A stretch of DNA of 64,000 bases from NCBI RefSeq assembly GCF_006345805.1, contig NC_043004.1, positions 99,324,001-99,388,000 on the forward strand, given 5' to 3'. Positions 26,849 to 40,146 of this stretch are shown here, piece by piece; the stretch's first letter is position 1, and each line of letters begins with the position of its first letter. Origin of the DNA: Octopus sinensis. Taxonomy: Eukaryota. Both the position numbers and the translations under genes were made by a program. The notes under the pieces are model-generated. The model saw only the letters and a list, made by a program, of their open reading frames with translations. It did not search any database and was not told the origin of the DNA.

Positions 26849-27015
26849 TAAATGTACCTCGAAGTTACGGACAGCCTAATGCCTAAAATACTAAGCTGGT
26901 GTCTGAAGAAGATTAGATAACCTATCAAGATAAGGGTGTTCAAGTCCTTTGAGCGTCTCCAGGAAAATTTGATAAAGCACAAAGTTACAGTATAGATCTA
27001 CCTTCTTTTTAAAAA
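26849..27015 (+). repeat. About 165-bp direct repeat, copy 1 (copy 2 at 28940-29105)
   Basis: AAATGTACC..GAAGTT..CGGACAGCC.AATGCCTAAAATACTAAGCTGGTGTCTG...GATCTACCTTCTTTTT is present at both sites, roughly 90% identical. Confidence 0.9.
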
Positions 27016-27149
27016 TCTTTTGCTAGATTCCAGGTGCAAAATGGTGGGTCCCACGATCATATATAAATACTTAAATGCTAATAAGCTAGGCATATACGCA
27101 GTAATATATTAAGAAAGCAAAACTCTGACAAGTCGAACTAGATTTAATA

Positions 27150-28400
27150 TGAGCTCAAACCAAGCGAGTACATGAACAAGTGCTTTAAAACAGAACAAAC
27201 AATGCTTGGATAACTGTAGTCGCTGTAAATAACGTGACTGAAGATGAAACTTATCAGCAAGTATGAGATTAGAAACTATGAACGCATTGAAGAAAATAAC
27301 AGTCAGGACTCAGAGAATGAAGGTTATAAAGATGATATCCCATTCTTTGAAGAAAATATAAAAGAAATAAATGCCCAGCTGCCAAAATTCCAAAATAATC
27401 AGAAAAATGAATACACGATTAAAACGTAAAATACAGCAATGAAAGAAATACTATGAGAAGGTGAAATTGATCTAACAATCATCAATAGCTTTATATGCTT
27501 TATGACAAAAGCTTTGATAAAAACAAAATCAGATTTGAAGAATAAGAAAATCTAACATGTAACAAACGTCTAAAGTGATAAGTCAAAATGCGAACAGAAA
27601 ATCTGAGAGCAGAATTTCTCATTGTGGATCAGCTTTGGAAACGAATAAATGTCAAAACTAGTAAAGCAAGAAAACTTAATAGAAATAAAAGAGATCAGAT
27701 GAAAATGCTTCAGTACCATGAATGAGACCCCGAAACACCGGATACGAGCCAGAACACAAAGGATTACACGATATGAAAAAACGAAGTTTCAAAGACAAAA
27801 GATTTTTTAAACACAAAGAAATTTTACAGAGAAATGGAGAACTTAGCAATAGCTATACTGTATCCACCTTATATGATTGAAGTTTACGAACTTTGGAAGA
27901 ATATCTGAAGTACCCCCGAAAAGTATGAGAAAATTAAATCAAAAGGGAGAATGAAATGACAAAAGATGTGGAACAACAACAATGGCTAAAGTGGTAGAGC
28001 GGGCTATAATATACAATATACCACTTGCGGAAAACACGAGAAACCATGGCGACGATGAACTATAGACCTGTTATATGTCATACTGCGACTTAGAAAATTC
28101 TGATTTCAATACTTATTGAAAAATGTACAATTTTCCTGAGGAAAACACGATCATTCTACAAGAATGAAGAGAACGTAAATGGAATTCCGGTGGATATAAG
28201 ACCGATTGTTGAATAGCGGAATAGAACATGCAAAAATAAAAATTTAAGTAATGTCAGATGTGACTCCTGAAAAAATCCCGACAATATTTCTTTTGAGTAA
28301 ATATTGAAAGCCTTAGAAGCATACGAAATGCATTCCAGAAATTTTGAGACCTTTTAGAAGAGGCAGTTTGAACTGATTTAGACTACTAGAATTTTAATAT
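27150..28400 (+). pseudogene. Decayed R4/Dong-like LINE ORF (N-terminal region and start of RT)
   Basis: Remnants IRARTQRITRYEK..FQRQKIF...FYREM and YRPVICHT..KILISILIEK..NFLEENTI..QE..CKWNS. Many stops. Confidence 0.6.
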
Positions 28401-28519
28401 ACCATAACTATACATCTAACAGTCTGACATGCTAAGTCTTTTACTATCACATTGGACAACACTACGAAATACTATTTGTCACAGCTAACTAGTTCGCGGA
28501 ATGCAGTCAGGATGTAAAG

Positions 28520-28760
28520 ACAATTTAGAAACTTGATATGCGATAAAGTTTTGTGTTAGACTGAGCAAAATGCTACAGAAACTTATAAAATGTTCCAAAC
28601 TGCTAATGGACTAACTTGCATGAGCAGAACATGTTTTTGATTGACACAAGAAATTCAAGGACGGTAGGGAGGAAGTGAAAATTAATGAGAGATGCGGGAG
28701 ATAGAGGGATGCTAGAATATCAAAGGTGACTGAGAAAATTAGCATTTTTCTGGTTTTCTG
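28520..28760 (+). mobile_element. Mariner transposase 5' fragment
   Basis: YAIKFCVRL..NATETYKMFQTA...CMSRT...KKFKDGREEV...RCGR, the mariner HTH region. Confidence 0.65.
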
Positions 28761-28779
28761 GTTGTCAAAAGTCCAGCTA

Positions 28780-28940
28780 ACGTAGGGGAGGGTGCAAGCC
28801 GATTACATCGACCCCAGTGCTCAACTGGTACTTATTTCATCACTCCTAAAAGGATAAACGGCATAGTCGATATCGGCAGGATTTGAAGTCTGAACGTGAA
28901 GGCGGACAAAATGCCACTAAATATTTTGTCCAGCGCGCTA
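28780..28940 (-). mobile_element. SINE family C fragment
   Basis: Reverse complement of the family C body (CGACCCCAGT...CAACTGGTACTTA). Confidence 0.7.
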
Positions 28941-29105
28941 AATGTACCCCGAAGTTTACGGACAGCCGAATGCCTAAAATACTAAGCTGGTGTCTGCAGA
29001 AGATTAGATAACCTATCAAGTTGAGGGTGTTCAAGTCGTTTGAGCGTCTCCAGGAAAATTTAATGAAGCACAAAGTTACAGTATAGATCTACCTTCTTTT
29101 TTAAC
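28940..29105 (+). repeat. About 165-bp direct repeat, copy 2
   Basis: See 26849-27015. Confidence 0.9.
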
Positions 29106-29119
29106 CATCGTGTGTCTAT

Positions 29120-29620
29120 AAAGGCAAAAAGCATCGTGTATAGAGTTAGTCCGGCAACTGTACGCAATTATTCATGAAGATCGGGACATGATAGAAATCT
29201 GTGCAAAGTTTGTTCCCAGGGTGCTCAGTAAGGATTAAAAGGAAATACGCGTAGGTGATAGCAGGAAGATTGTTAAACACATGATTAAACTCAGTACTTC
29301 TATCCAAGAGCACTTGAATCTCTGGTGATCAATGAGGAGAGCTAGATCTACTTTTATAAACAAGAAACCAAAATAGAGAGGGCCCAGTGGAAGCATTCTG
29401 GTTCCCCAGAACGCCAAGTAGAATATGTCTACCAGAAGCTCACGATGACTCCTTATTTCGACAGCAAGAGTATCATTTATGTCCCTCTGACCAGGCAGTC
29501 GGCAAAGGGTACTTTGTGGAGGCTTTGAGAGAGTAAAAGAAACTCAGCGGTAATCGTTTTGAAGACATTGAGATGAAGGAAACTCTGAAAAGAGTTTTGC
29601 GCACCTTCATTTTGGATGAC
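29120..29620 (+). mobile_element. Mariner transposase internal and 3' fragments
   Basis: ICAKFVPRVLS, INEES.IYFYKQETK...QWKHSGSP and LSGNRFEDIE.MKETL match mariner motifs. Confidence 0.65.
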
Positions 29621-31079
29621 TTCTATATTAATGGCCCCGAAAGGAAGAAAGGCAAGGTTGACTTTAGTAGGGTTTGAACTAAGAAATTAAGGAGATGAAA
29701 GAAATATCACTAAGCATTTTTTTCCAGGTGGTGATGATTTTTCTAGTAGAAAAGACATGAAATCCTCCTTGAATATGCATGTCATACTTACACAGAGGGC
29801 ATGCTAATTTTTTCTGTAGCTTTCCAATTTGATTTTATGCATTAATAATCATAATGGAACAGCAGTAATGACTAGACGGATTTTCTGTATCTCCATCAAA
29901 TCGGAAGCTGAAGAAATAGATATAAAACTCACTCAGCTGTCAAAATGAAATTTTCTCCAGAAGAAAACCTCAAAATCTTCAAAATCTGCTCTCTTTCATT
30001 ACAAGAAAACTGTAAAGCACCTCAGACTATCTAACTAAAGAAATAGTTTCAAAAATTCAGAATCTACCGTTTTCTGTGAGTTCATAATTTCTTCTGACTA
30101 CTCGAACACAAACATCTGTTCTCTTTCATCACGAAGGAAATTTTGAGACACTCCAGGTAGCATTTGTTTCGCTGCATAATTCAAAATTCAAAACAATTTC
30201 AAAATTCAAAAGACTTTTCTAGAGCTTAAAACAACTACAAAAGCTGAACAGTTGAAATCATAACAAACCACACAGTTACCAAAGCTGTAAACTGCAGTCA
30301 ATATTTTAACAAAACTTAGAAAACTATTAAATTCTTCCAAAACTATTTATACCACTGTAAAAAAACAAACATGAAACGCTGTAAACGCGGCTATGATGTA
30401 TTTATTTATTTATTTCTCTATCCGTGATGACAAATACAAATAGTAATCGGTAGAACGAGTTAGTCAATTCTTTTTCATGATTCACTGTAAAACCGTTAAA
30501 CGCCACCAACAGCACTTTATACTATCACAAAACTCACCTATTAAATATTGTAAATACAGCAATGATGCACTGATGCATATATTTATTTATTTATCTATTC
30601 GGGAAGACAAATAGAAACAGCAAGTGAAACGAATTAGCCTGTTTGTCTTCATGGCTCGTTTCTACTACCAAATCTAGCAACACTGCTAGATAGTGAAAAC
30701 AGTAAACAACAGTGATTCCTGTAGTTTCTGTCACATATTTTGACCTTCTTTTGACCTTACAAGTCAGCTCAGCCAGTTCTATAAAAACATCAAACGATAA
30801 AAACAGATTCTAAATTCTAATCCCCTTTCTCCAATAACATAATCTCTTTTTTGCTCCGGCATACATCTACTGAATCTATCAATGGCATCTAGACACCCCT
30901 GCCTATCTATCAGTCTCTCTGTGTGTCTGTATCCTGTCTGTTTCTCCCGTTCTTTATCTGTCTCCTTTTATCTACCTATGACTGTTCTGATCTCAATATT
31001 TAGGTGCTGGTGTCTACAAATATCTAATAATGACACCAGCAAGAAATCGTCTTAGCATATGACCTTCAGTTAATAGTTT

Positions 31080-31310
31080 CATTTATATCTACACTTATTA
31101 TTTTGTTTCAATATATGACCGCGTGTGTATCGTTGGCGATTTTTTTCTCCGTCTTCCCTTCTTTGGACTTTTTCTACATTTCTGACGAAGAGCTCCGCTC
31201 GAAACGTGAAGTCCTCTTTCTTTTCTTTCCTTTCCTGAGCGTCCAATAACACTGAGCTTATTCCACGTTCTCGCGTTGTTGTTTTTTCTTGCTTGTTCGT
31301 TTTTGGATTA
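31080..31310 (+). mobile_element. Penelope-type pLTR fragment with minimal hammerhead (31175-31215)
   Basis: CTGACGA-AGAGC-TCC-GCTC-GAAAC-GTG. The triplet GTG is not a cleavable NUH, so it is probably dead. Related to the 44636 and 61462 family. Confidence 0.6.
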
Positions 31311-31799
31311 ACTACGCGCATATACAGATATACAGGCACTACTAAAGTCGAATAGAAAAGCACTTTATGCAACTGAGACGCACGAAATTGAATCGTATAT
31401 CATGATGCTTGAAATCCGTATAAAGTTATAAAATATCATTTAGTATCAAAATTAATCTAATAATTACCTACGATAAGAGAAAAGGATTGGGTTTGCTACC
31501 GAGGAACCTCGCCTATTTATCCAAACACTATTAAGGCATCCCCTGAGTGACAAGGGTAATATGCAGGTATATAAGAAATGCCTAGTAAAGGAAAGGCTTA
31601 ACATATAAGGTTTCGTCCTGAAAATAGCTCTGCATTTCCTAGATCGAAAAACTTGTTAATGGTTTGATCTCTGCCCAAAATACAAACATGAAAGACCCCT
31701 TTTAACAGGATATCGCCCAAAATTGATCCGTTATGCATATCATCTTCATCTGATAAAGCTACAACAACAAAAAAATTGGTGTCCTAAAGGTCAATAATT

Positions 31800-32700
31800 T
31801 CCATCGCATATATATGATACCAAAAAAAAAAAAAAAAAATTAAGCTACAAGAAAACCTTTACCGATATACCAATCATAGGTGGCAATAAACTAATTTTCA
31901 CATAAACAACGTAACCAATAAGCTTACATTGATAGTCAACAGATGCTATATATTTTCAGGCTAATTGTCATACAAATGTGAACGGAAATAACGATTCAAA
32001 ACATCTCTCCGCTGTAGAAGTGGAACCCAATACGTGAAATACCCTGATTGAGATATTTGGAGAAATAGTCACTAATGCGGATGCCCAGAAGACTGATTAC
32101 AGAGCAAGGGAAGACGCAGGCACAGAGGTTGACAAACGTATGACAGAAATTATGTTAAAGTGGATGGGATAAACTGATCTGTGAGATTTCAATGACATTC
32201 CTAAGATTCACAACATAATCCAATCTGCTTGATAGGTAAGATAAATGCGCCTATGAAATCCATTTTGAATGAAAATGAAGTATATCTTTCCCCGCTGAAT
32301 AATCTAATCTTCGCTGCAGATTCTAAAACTCCTGCAATGTTTGGTATTGAAGTTAAGGGTATTCCTAAACATATATACACAGTAATCCTGCAAAGCAAAA
32401 ATTAGAAATGAATTTAACGTACTCAGATCAGATATGGACATAGTCGAAAAAAAATCCATCAAGACAAAAAGAATGTTATGTTACACAAAGCTAAGGAGGC
32501 AAAAATATAATATGCCATGAAACGGATATGTGGACTCGATGAAAAAAACAATAAAAAAAAAAGAAAAGTAAAAGAAAATCAAGCAACTGATCTGAGCCAA
32601 AACAATGTATGAAGTGGCTCGCAAAAGATCAGATTTCTTCAAGTACGGAATTATGTCCGAAACAAACCTAAAAATTTCTACAGAAAAGTCGCAAAGGATA
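31800..32700 (+). pseudogene. Decayed R4/Dong-like LINE ORF N-terminal region
   Basis: LNNLIFAA..., LRSDMDIV..., KQLI.AKT...KRSDFFK...TNLK resemble R4-clade N-terminal motifs. Multiple stops. Confidence 0.45.
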
Positions 32701-32859
32701 TTACAATTGTTAATGAGAGCCAGTACCTGGTACTGCATCAGAGCATTGATTGATTTATTTATTGTTGTTGTTGTTGTTATCATTATTGTTATTCTGAAAG
32801 ACTCTCGGTTAGTTCTTAATTACCGGTTATTCTTTACTTCAAAGGAGGCAATAACAAAT

Positions 32860-33375
32860 CGCCAAAGGTTTCAAGTAGTGCCTTCTCCTGTGACTGAAAG
32901 TGAAAATACCATCTTTATAATGCTAGCTGTATCCAACAATGCTATCTGCTGGATCGCCTCGAGCCTGACAGCAGCTCCAATATTCTTAATATGCTTTCCA
33001 AAGCCCTTGGAAACTGCTCCTAAAGCTCCAATTATCACCGGTATCACCATTATTTTCCTCATGCCCCCATAACTTTCCTATCTCGTGCCGCATAAGCTGG
33101 TATTTCTCAATCTTTTTTGTTTCCTCGAATCGCCTGGTATTGCGACATCTATTATCTTTACTTCTTTTTCATCTTCATGGATGAGCATGATTGATATCTG
33201 GCCGTCATGCTTCTATTTCTTGGTCGCACTGCATGTTTAACTCCCAGAGTATTTTGTAATGTTCGTTTGCCATTACTCCTTCTGGCTTGTGTTCATACTA
33301 TTGTTCGGCTCTCTCGAGGTTTGCTTTACCGCACAACAGCCATTGGACATATGTGGCCACATTGTTGTGTCTCCG
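32860..33375 (-). mobile_element. R4/Dong-like LINE RLE domain fragment
   Basis: KRRHNNVA..WLLCGK...YEHKPEGV..NEHYKILW...CDQEIEA.RPDI...KIIDVAIPGD...KIEKYQ...VIPVIIGALG: PD-(D/E)xK restriction-like endonuclease C-terminus. Confidence 0.85.
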
Positions 33376-33384
33376 TTTGTATGC

Positions 33385-33782
33385 GCGATGTGCGAGCTTA
33401 CAGTAACTCGAATGTGGAGTCTAAAAACAGAAACAATTCCTGTCATAGTAGGTGCATTAGATATGATAAAAAATATTCAGACAAGTACATAATAAAAACA
33501 CAAGTACATACAAATATATATAACATACAGAAAATTGCACTCCTGGCACTGCACACGTCCTACGCAAAACGATTTCAATACAGTAACCATAAGAGCATCA
33601 CAACCAACCAAGGCACACAGGTTAACTGTAAGGTTAGGAATTTAGTGTATAGCTTACGATGTACCGAGGGACGGTGCAGAAATATGACAACTACCCACAT
33701 TGGAGAGACTGCATGCAGTATAGGAGAGCGTATAGGAGAGCGCTCGGTAATGAAGTGAAAGCATGCTATAAAAATAAAACTA

Positions 33783-33834
<52 letters not shown>

Positions 33835-33857
33835 TAATAATAATAATAATAATGATG

Positions 33858-33923
<66 letters not shown>

Positions 33924-33934
33924 GTAATAATAAC

Positions 33935-34006
<72 letters not shown>
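33385..34006 (+). mobile_element. R4/Dong-like LINE 3' end with long (AAT)n tail; 3' UTR interrupted by a Penelope-derived segment
   Basis: TRMWSLKTETIPVIVGALDMIKK...NIQKIALL, with a 3' UTR matching 19795-19992 except for an insert at 33621-33739. (AAT)n at 33786-34006. Confidence 0.85.
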
Positions 34007-34007
<1 letters not shown>

Positions 34008-34469
34008 GATAGCTAGGATTTTTGTTTCACTCATGTCAATGAAACTCGTAAATTCACTATTCAACTTTAGGTTTCCTGTAATTATGGCATATACTTGTAT
34101 GGAAGAATAAATCGTGTTTTCGCCAGCATTTGGAAAAGATATTGCCAATTTGAAATGTCAAGTGTCTCAAAGAATTGTCTCAGATAAGGTTAGTAAGATA
34201 ATTTTTGCAACAGCCATAACAGTAACGAAGCCAGTCATGTGCAAGTTGACGAAAGCCAATCTCACAAACAGAATGACCATAGATTAGCTATATTTTTCAG
34301 ATATGTTAAAACTGCTGTGTGGTTCTAAAATTCTGTGGCCTTAGCTATGCATACGTGTGTGCGCGTGTCTGTGTATTTCTGTATGTATATATTGCTGTAT
34401 GTCAGGATGATCATTTTTTTGCCAAATAAACACACGCACTATATATATATATGGTGTCATCATACCACT

Positions 34470-35075
34470 TTTCTCCTCCTTTGTACGGCCACACCTCGAA
34501 TACTGCTGCCCACTGCGGTCTCCCCATACAAGACAAAACATCTCGAGGATTGAATCACCCCAGAGGGCACTCACTAAACGAATTCAAGGCATGGCTGCTC
34601 TCGATTATTGGGACCGCCTTAAAGCCTTGAAACTCTACTCTCTCCAGCGTCGCCGTGAGCGGTACATCATTTGTACGATGTGGAGAATATACCGCCAACT
34701 TTGCCCAAACGACCTGAACATTAGCTTCAAGGTTCATCCAAGACCGGGACCACGGGCAATACGTCCCCTGCCCAATTCAAGATCACAGCATACATGTACA
34801 CTGCAACATAATTTCTTTTCCTCAACAGGCCTTGCCCTATTTAACATTGTCCCGAAAGAGATCAAAGAGGAAAAGGATCCCATCAACTTTAAACGGAGTC
34901 TGGATAGATTCCTTCAAGGAATACCAGATAAGCCACCCATAATTGGATACAACTCACCCAACAAAAACTCACTACTTGAATGGACCATAAACAAAACTTG
35001 ACTTAAACAGGATTCAGATAATCCTATCAGGTGGTGCTATTAAGTTAGACATGGCCTGGACCAATCTGTGGTCGA
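34470..35075 (+). mobile_element. CR1/L2-like LINE 3' end (5'-truncated)
   Basis: FVRPHLEYCCPLRSP...LESPQRALT...LDYWDRLKALKLYSLQRRRERY...FKRSLDRFLQGIPDKP. Related to but distinct from the 1-3727 element. Confidence 0.92.
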
Positions 35076-35379
35076 AACATATCTAAGTTTATATATATAT
35101 ATATATTTCTTGACTCGTTTATTACTGTTCTTATCTTATTATTTTAACTTCTGTCCATTGTCCGGAAATCTTTCGTCACACATCTGTGACTTCTTCAGTG
35201 ACACTCTATTTCGTGTGTGTTCTTGCTCCACTTATTCCATTCTGTTCTTCTAAGATGTGTCTCCCTATGTGCACATGCGTTTGTATCCTTGTTTGTGTGT
35301 ATGTGTGTATGCTTGTGTATGTGTTTTTGGCATCAGTGTGGCCTTCTACTCTGCCCCATCTTCTCACCCCATTGTACTA

Positions 35380-35710
35380 CTGCTGTCTTAAGACACACCC
35401 CCAAACCCCACAGGTTAACTGTAAGGTTTGGAATTTAGTGTATAGCTTACGATGTACTGAGGGACGGTGCAGAAACATTGGAGAGATTGCAGGCAGTATA
35501 GGAGAGCATATAGGTGAATACTGGTGAGAGCTCAAAGAAGGAAAAGGCTTGTCAATGCTCTACCAACATTGGCAGAAAATAGAGGCTCGATTAATAGCAT
35601 AGAGCTTAACGTACTATCGACACATAGAACTGACACGACACTTAGATCACAGAAGCCATACACATGACAGTCGACAGACCGAGCTCCATTATAAAACACG
35701 AATGTATATA
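35380..35710 (+). mobile_element. Penelope-like element GIY-YIG endonuclease 3' fragment
   Basis: VNCKVWNLVYSLRCTEGRC..IGEIAGSIGEH... and, across frameshifts, TDTTLR..TEAIH...KHEW, resembling the PLE C-terminus. Confidence 0.65.
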
Positions 35711-35849
35711 AAACACAACACCATACCACATGACGAAAGACAGAATTATTGAGAAGAGACAAGGAAAAAAAGAATCGCAAATAAATCACTGAAACATACA
35801 GGGTAATACAGACAGAAATTATATATATGCTCTTATCTGTGATATTTAA

Positions 35850-36178
35850 TGTGGAGGCGAAACGGCTCAGTGGTTAGGGCAGTGAACACGTGGTCATAGG
35901 ATCGCGGTTTCGCTTCAAGACCGGGCGTTTTGAGTGTTTATTGAGCTCCACGGGGCTCCGGCAGTGGTTGCTAGTGAACTCTGCTGTATTCTTTCACCAC
36001 AAATTTCAAAGGGCCAGCCCTGTCACACTCTGCATCACACTGAATTTCTCCGAGAACTACGCTAAGGGTACAGGTGTCTGTGGAGTGCTCATCCACTTGC
36101 ACGTTAATTTCATGAGCAAGCTGTTCCGTTGATCGGATCAATTGGAACCCTCGTCGTCGTAGCGGACGGAGTGCCACG
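35850..36178 (+). mobile_element. SINE family B, diverged copy
   Basis: Homologous to 8566-8950. Confidence 0.8.
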
Positions 36179-36739
36179 TTATGAGAAATATAGATGTATA
36201 AAAAGATAAATAAATATATATATATATAAATAGATAAATAAATAGATATGTAAATACATTTGTCACATGCCTGGGATAAATATAAGACAGAGAGAGAGAT
36301 AAATAAATAAAACTATATATAAGGGCATGGATACATAGAGCATACGAAGCTAACCCATACACACACACAAACACGCACACAAAAAGTTACGTGGATGGCC
36401 ATAACAATATCAAATACACAATTAACAACTGCAGCAGAAGCGGCCGTACCAACAACCCCTAGCATCGCTTGCACCAAGGTCTCCATTAGAAATTAACCCC
36501 CATGAACTGCATGGCAAATCACCTACCCCTAACACTTTTCGATGTCTGTCTATCCGCATACTCTCACCCCCTTGTGCATGACCACACGAATATGGGTGGG
36601 CATGCACGTACGTGTGTGTGAGTGCACATATGCATCTGCTCACCGTATGCACGCGCACGGATGTTTATGCATGGGTGTACACATATATATAACCACACAC
36701 ATATATATACACATATATTTATATATGTATATAAACTTA

Positions 36740-37040
36740 GATAAACTTAGATATGTTTCGACCAAAGATTGGTCCAGGCCATGTCTAACTTAATAGCACC
36801 ACCTGATAGGATTATCTGAATCCTGTTTAAGTCAAGTTTTGTTTATGGCCCATTCAAGTAGTGAGTTTTTGTTGGGTGAGTTGTATCCAATTATGGGTGG
36901 CTTATCTGGTATTCCCTGAAGGAATCTATCCAGACTCCGTTTAAAGTTGATGGGATCCTTTTCCTCTTTGATCTCTTTCGGGACAATGTTAAATAGGGCA
37001 GGGCCTGTTGAGGAAAGGAAATTATGTTGCAGTGTACATG
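36740..37040 (-). mobile_element. CR1/L2-like LINE 3' end, short copy
   Basis: Near-identical reverse complement of about 34790-35090 (HNFLSSTGPALFNIVPKEIKEEKDPINFKRSLDRFLQGIPDKPP). Confidence 0.92.
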
Positions 37041-37127
37041 TATGCTGTATACATGTATGTATATAGTTGTATATATACATATAACCATGTGTGTGAGCGC
37101 GCGCGAGTGTGTAGGCACAAGCATATA

Positions 37128-37544
37128 CTCTTTTACTCTTTTACATGTTTCAGTCATTTGACTGCGGCCATGCTGGAGCACCGCCTTTAATCGAGCAACT
37201 CGACCCCGGGACTTATTCTTTTGTAAGCCCAGTACTTATTCTATCGTTCTCTTTTGCCGAACCGCTAAGTAACGGGGATATAAACACACTAGCATCGGTT
37301 GTCAAGCAATGCTAAGGGAACAAACACAGACACACAAACACACACATGCATATATATATATATATATATATACATATATACGACAGGCTTCCTTCAGTTT
37401 CCGTCTATCAAATCCACTCACAAGGCTTTGGTCGGCCCGGGGCTATAGTAGAAGACACTTGCCCAAGATGCCACGCAGTGGGACTGAACCCGGAACCATG
37501 TGGTTGGTAAACAAGCTACTTACCACACAGCCACTCCTGCGCCT
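37128..37544 (-). mobile_element. SINE family A
   Basis: Homologous to 9731-10133. Confidence 0.88.
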
Positions 37545-39078
37545 ATGTATGTATCCAACCACATATTAATCTCACCATTCACTCACTGATTTTCAACCTC
37601 TGTTTAATGTGTTGATCCAGGCAGACATAAACACCCATTCAATCCTCCCACTTTTGACTCAGTTGGACATCGACGATATAACTATTTGAAGAAAGCAGAT
37701 GTAAAACAGTGAGCAAATGGTACTCAGTTTGTACTGAGTAGCCAGGAGCAACATAAAGTGGAGTGTCCCACTCTAGGTCATATGATGCTCAGTCAGTACA
37801 GAAATGGAGTCGAACCCACGATCTTATGAAACATATATGTCTGTGTGCATCTGTATATTTGTATCTTTGTGTGTGTGTGTGTGCGTTTGTAATTGTCTGT
37901 TTAGCTTATATTTATTTGCTCAAAGATTATCCACTCTTTCAGAATTCCATGCGTTTTTCGAAAAAAAAAAACCAGCCCACGATGTGCATTCATGCTGGTT
38001 TGCCGAAATATTCGAAGGACAACCTTGATCTTAAAGACCACAGAATATTCATACAAAAGTGAAATCTGCAGTTTACATTGTGTTATTACTTATTTATTGC
38101 ATCTTTACATATATTTCAAAGATTATTGCATCTTTACGCATATTTCAATTATTATTGCAACACAGATAACGTGAAGATCTCTTCTCGTAATTTTCCATAG
38201 CTATATCATTAGAATTTGTCATACAAAATACATTATATTTCGTATAACAACTTATTTTAACTAGAATATCAATGCTATATAACAAAATCATTACATAATC
38301 GACCTTGTGATGGTCGTCGAAAACGCGTAAATAAAAACTAAATAATCTTATAACTTATTCTCCAGGTATGAGTTATTTAGTGTGTTGACGTGAGTTATTC
38401 TATTAAGGAATAGACGTTATTTAAAACTCTTTTTTAAAACATAGTTTATCTATATTAGAGAATAATTTCTTGAAGGATTTAATTGCTCAATTAATAAAAA
38501 ATATAAATATAGCAGAATCTCTTATTTCGATAGTATTTCTCTCATTGAAATGTTAGGAATATCTTGAAAAGATATGACACTTGTAAAAGCGTCTGTTTGT
38601 AAATATGAAGTACTGACTACTGTCATTTCAATTAATCACGAATTCACAAGATTCCAAAAGCCATTATTCATATCAAATCAAATAAATGTTAAATGTTATG
38701 AAACATTTCGTCACTTTTAAAACTAAAAACCGGAAAAGATGTTATGTAATTAACCGAAAATGTCTCTATTTGCATATGCAATTACTTGTCTATTTTGCTG
38801 AGAAGTGATGATAAACGTCTAGTCGTTCTGAAAAGTTATCCAATTAAGTAAATTATGTAATTATCCGCTATGAATTCAAATGGAATCGATTATATAAGTT
38901 TTATAGAGAGCTTGAAATGCGGGATATTACAATGACAGAGTGTCGACTGGGATTCTGGACGATGTCAGCCATTTCCAATCGCGTCCTCACATTGAGCGGT
39001 ACCGAGCAGGTGGATTTGATGCCAGAACAACATGTGTGAGTATGTGCGTGTGTATGTATATGTATATGTATATATATA

Positions 39079-39149
<71 letters not shown>

Positions 39150-39269
39150 ACAATTTAGGAATGGCCTGAACAGGCCATTCGTCCACCAGAAAGAGCAGCC
39201 ATAACTCCAACCGCCAAGTAGTGTAATTCGGAAATAAGGTGAAAATTTAAAAACATTTACCCTAATTCA

Positions 39270-39370
39270 TCTTTTATACGATGCATCGTTTCGGTGTCTT
39301 TAATGATAGACCAGCTTAATTAAATTAAATTAAGCTGGTCTACCATAGGTCACACTTCATCAGTAAAAGA
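39270..39370 (-). ncRNA. Type I hammerhead ribozyme, inverted copy
   Basis: Reverse complement of the motif at 40147-40247. Confidence 0.85.
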
Positions 39371-40146
39371 AACCTGGGAGAGACGGATATACACGAGGCT
39401 ACTGTATCAATGCCTCGGGAATATCTGTCTTAAAATTTTCAAGACCAACGCATTCGCGCCAAACTTATCGGCAGCAAATATAAACTGCCGATTCAATCTC
39501 AGAATTAGTCAGAAAATTATCAATTAATCAATTTAGGGTAGCAAAAAATTCAGTAAAAATTTATCGCTACCAGCGGCCTAATGGAAAAGAGAAAATAGTC
39601 AAAGACTAAATATGTATAAATATAACAATTTAGGAATGGCCTGAACAGGCCATTCGTCCACCAGAAAGAGCAGCCATAACTCCAACCGCCAAGTAGTGTA
39701 ATTCGGAAATAATTTAATTTAATTAAGCTGGTCTATCATTAAAGACACCGAAACGATGCATCGTATAAAAGATGAATTAGGGTAAATGTTTTTAAATTTT
39801 CACCTTATTTCCGAATTACACTACTTGGCGGTTGGAGTTATGGCTGCTCTTTCTGGTGGACGAATGGCCTGTTCAGGCCATTCCTAAATTGTTATATTTA
39901 TACATATTTAGTCTTTGACTATTTTCTCTTTTCCATTAGGCCGCTGGTAGCGATAAATTTTTACTGAATTTTTTGCTACCCTAAATTGATTAATTGATAA
40001 TTTTGTGACTAATTCTGAGATTGAATCGGCAGTTTATATTTGCTGCCGATAAGTTTGGCGCGAATGCGTTGGTCTTGAAAATTTTAAGACAGATATTCCT
40101 GAGGCATTGATACAGTAGCCTCGTGTATATCCGTCTCTCCCAGATT

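Noticed and set aside
29860-30560. Possible piggyBac-like acidic N-terminus on the minus strand (DFEDFEVFSSGENF...SISSASDL)
   Set aside because: Only low-complexity acidic similarity. No DDD motifs, TIRs or TTAA duplication were identified.
38165-38340. GTGAAGA...CGAAAACGCGTA degenerate hammerhead-like pLTR
   Set aside because: Both conserved core halves are mutated and the stems are unsupported.
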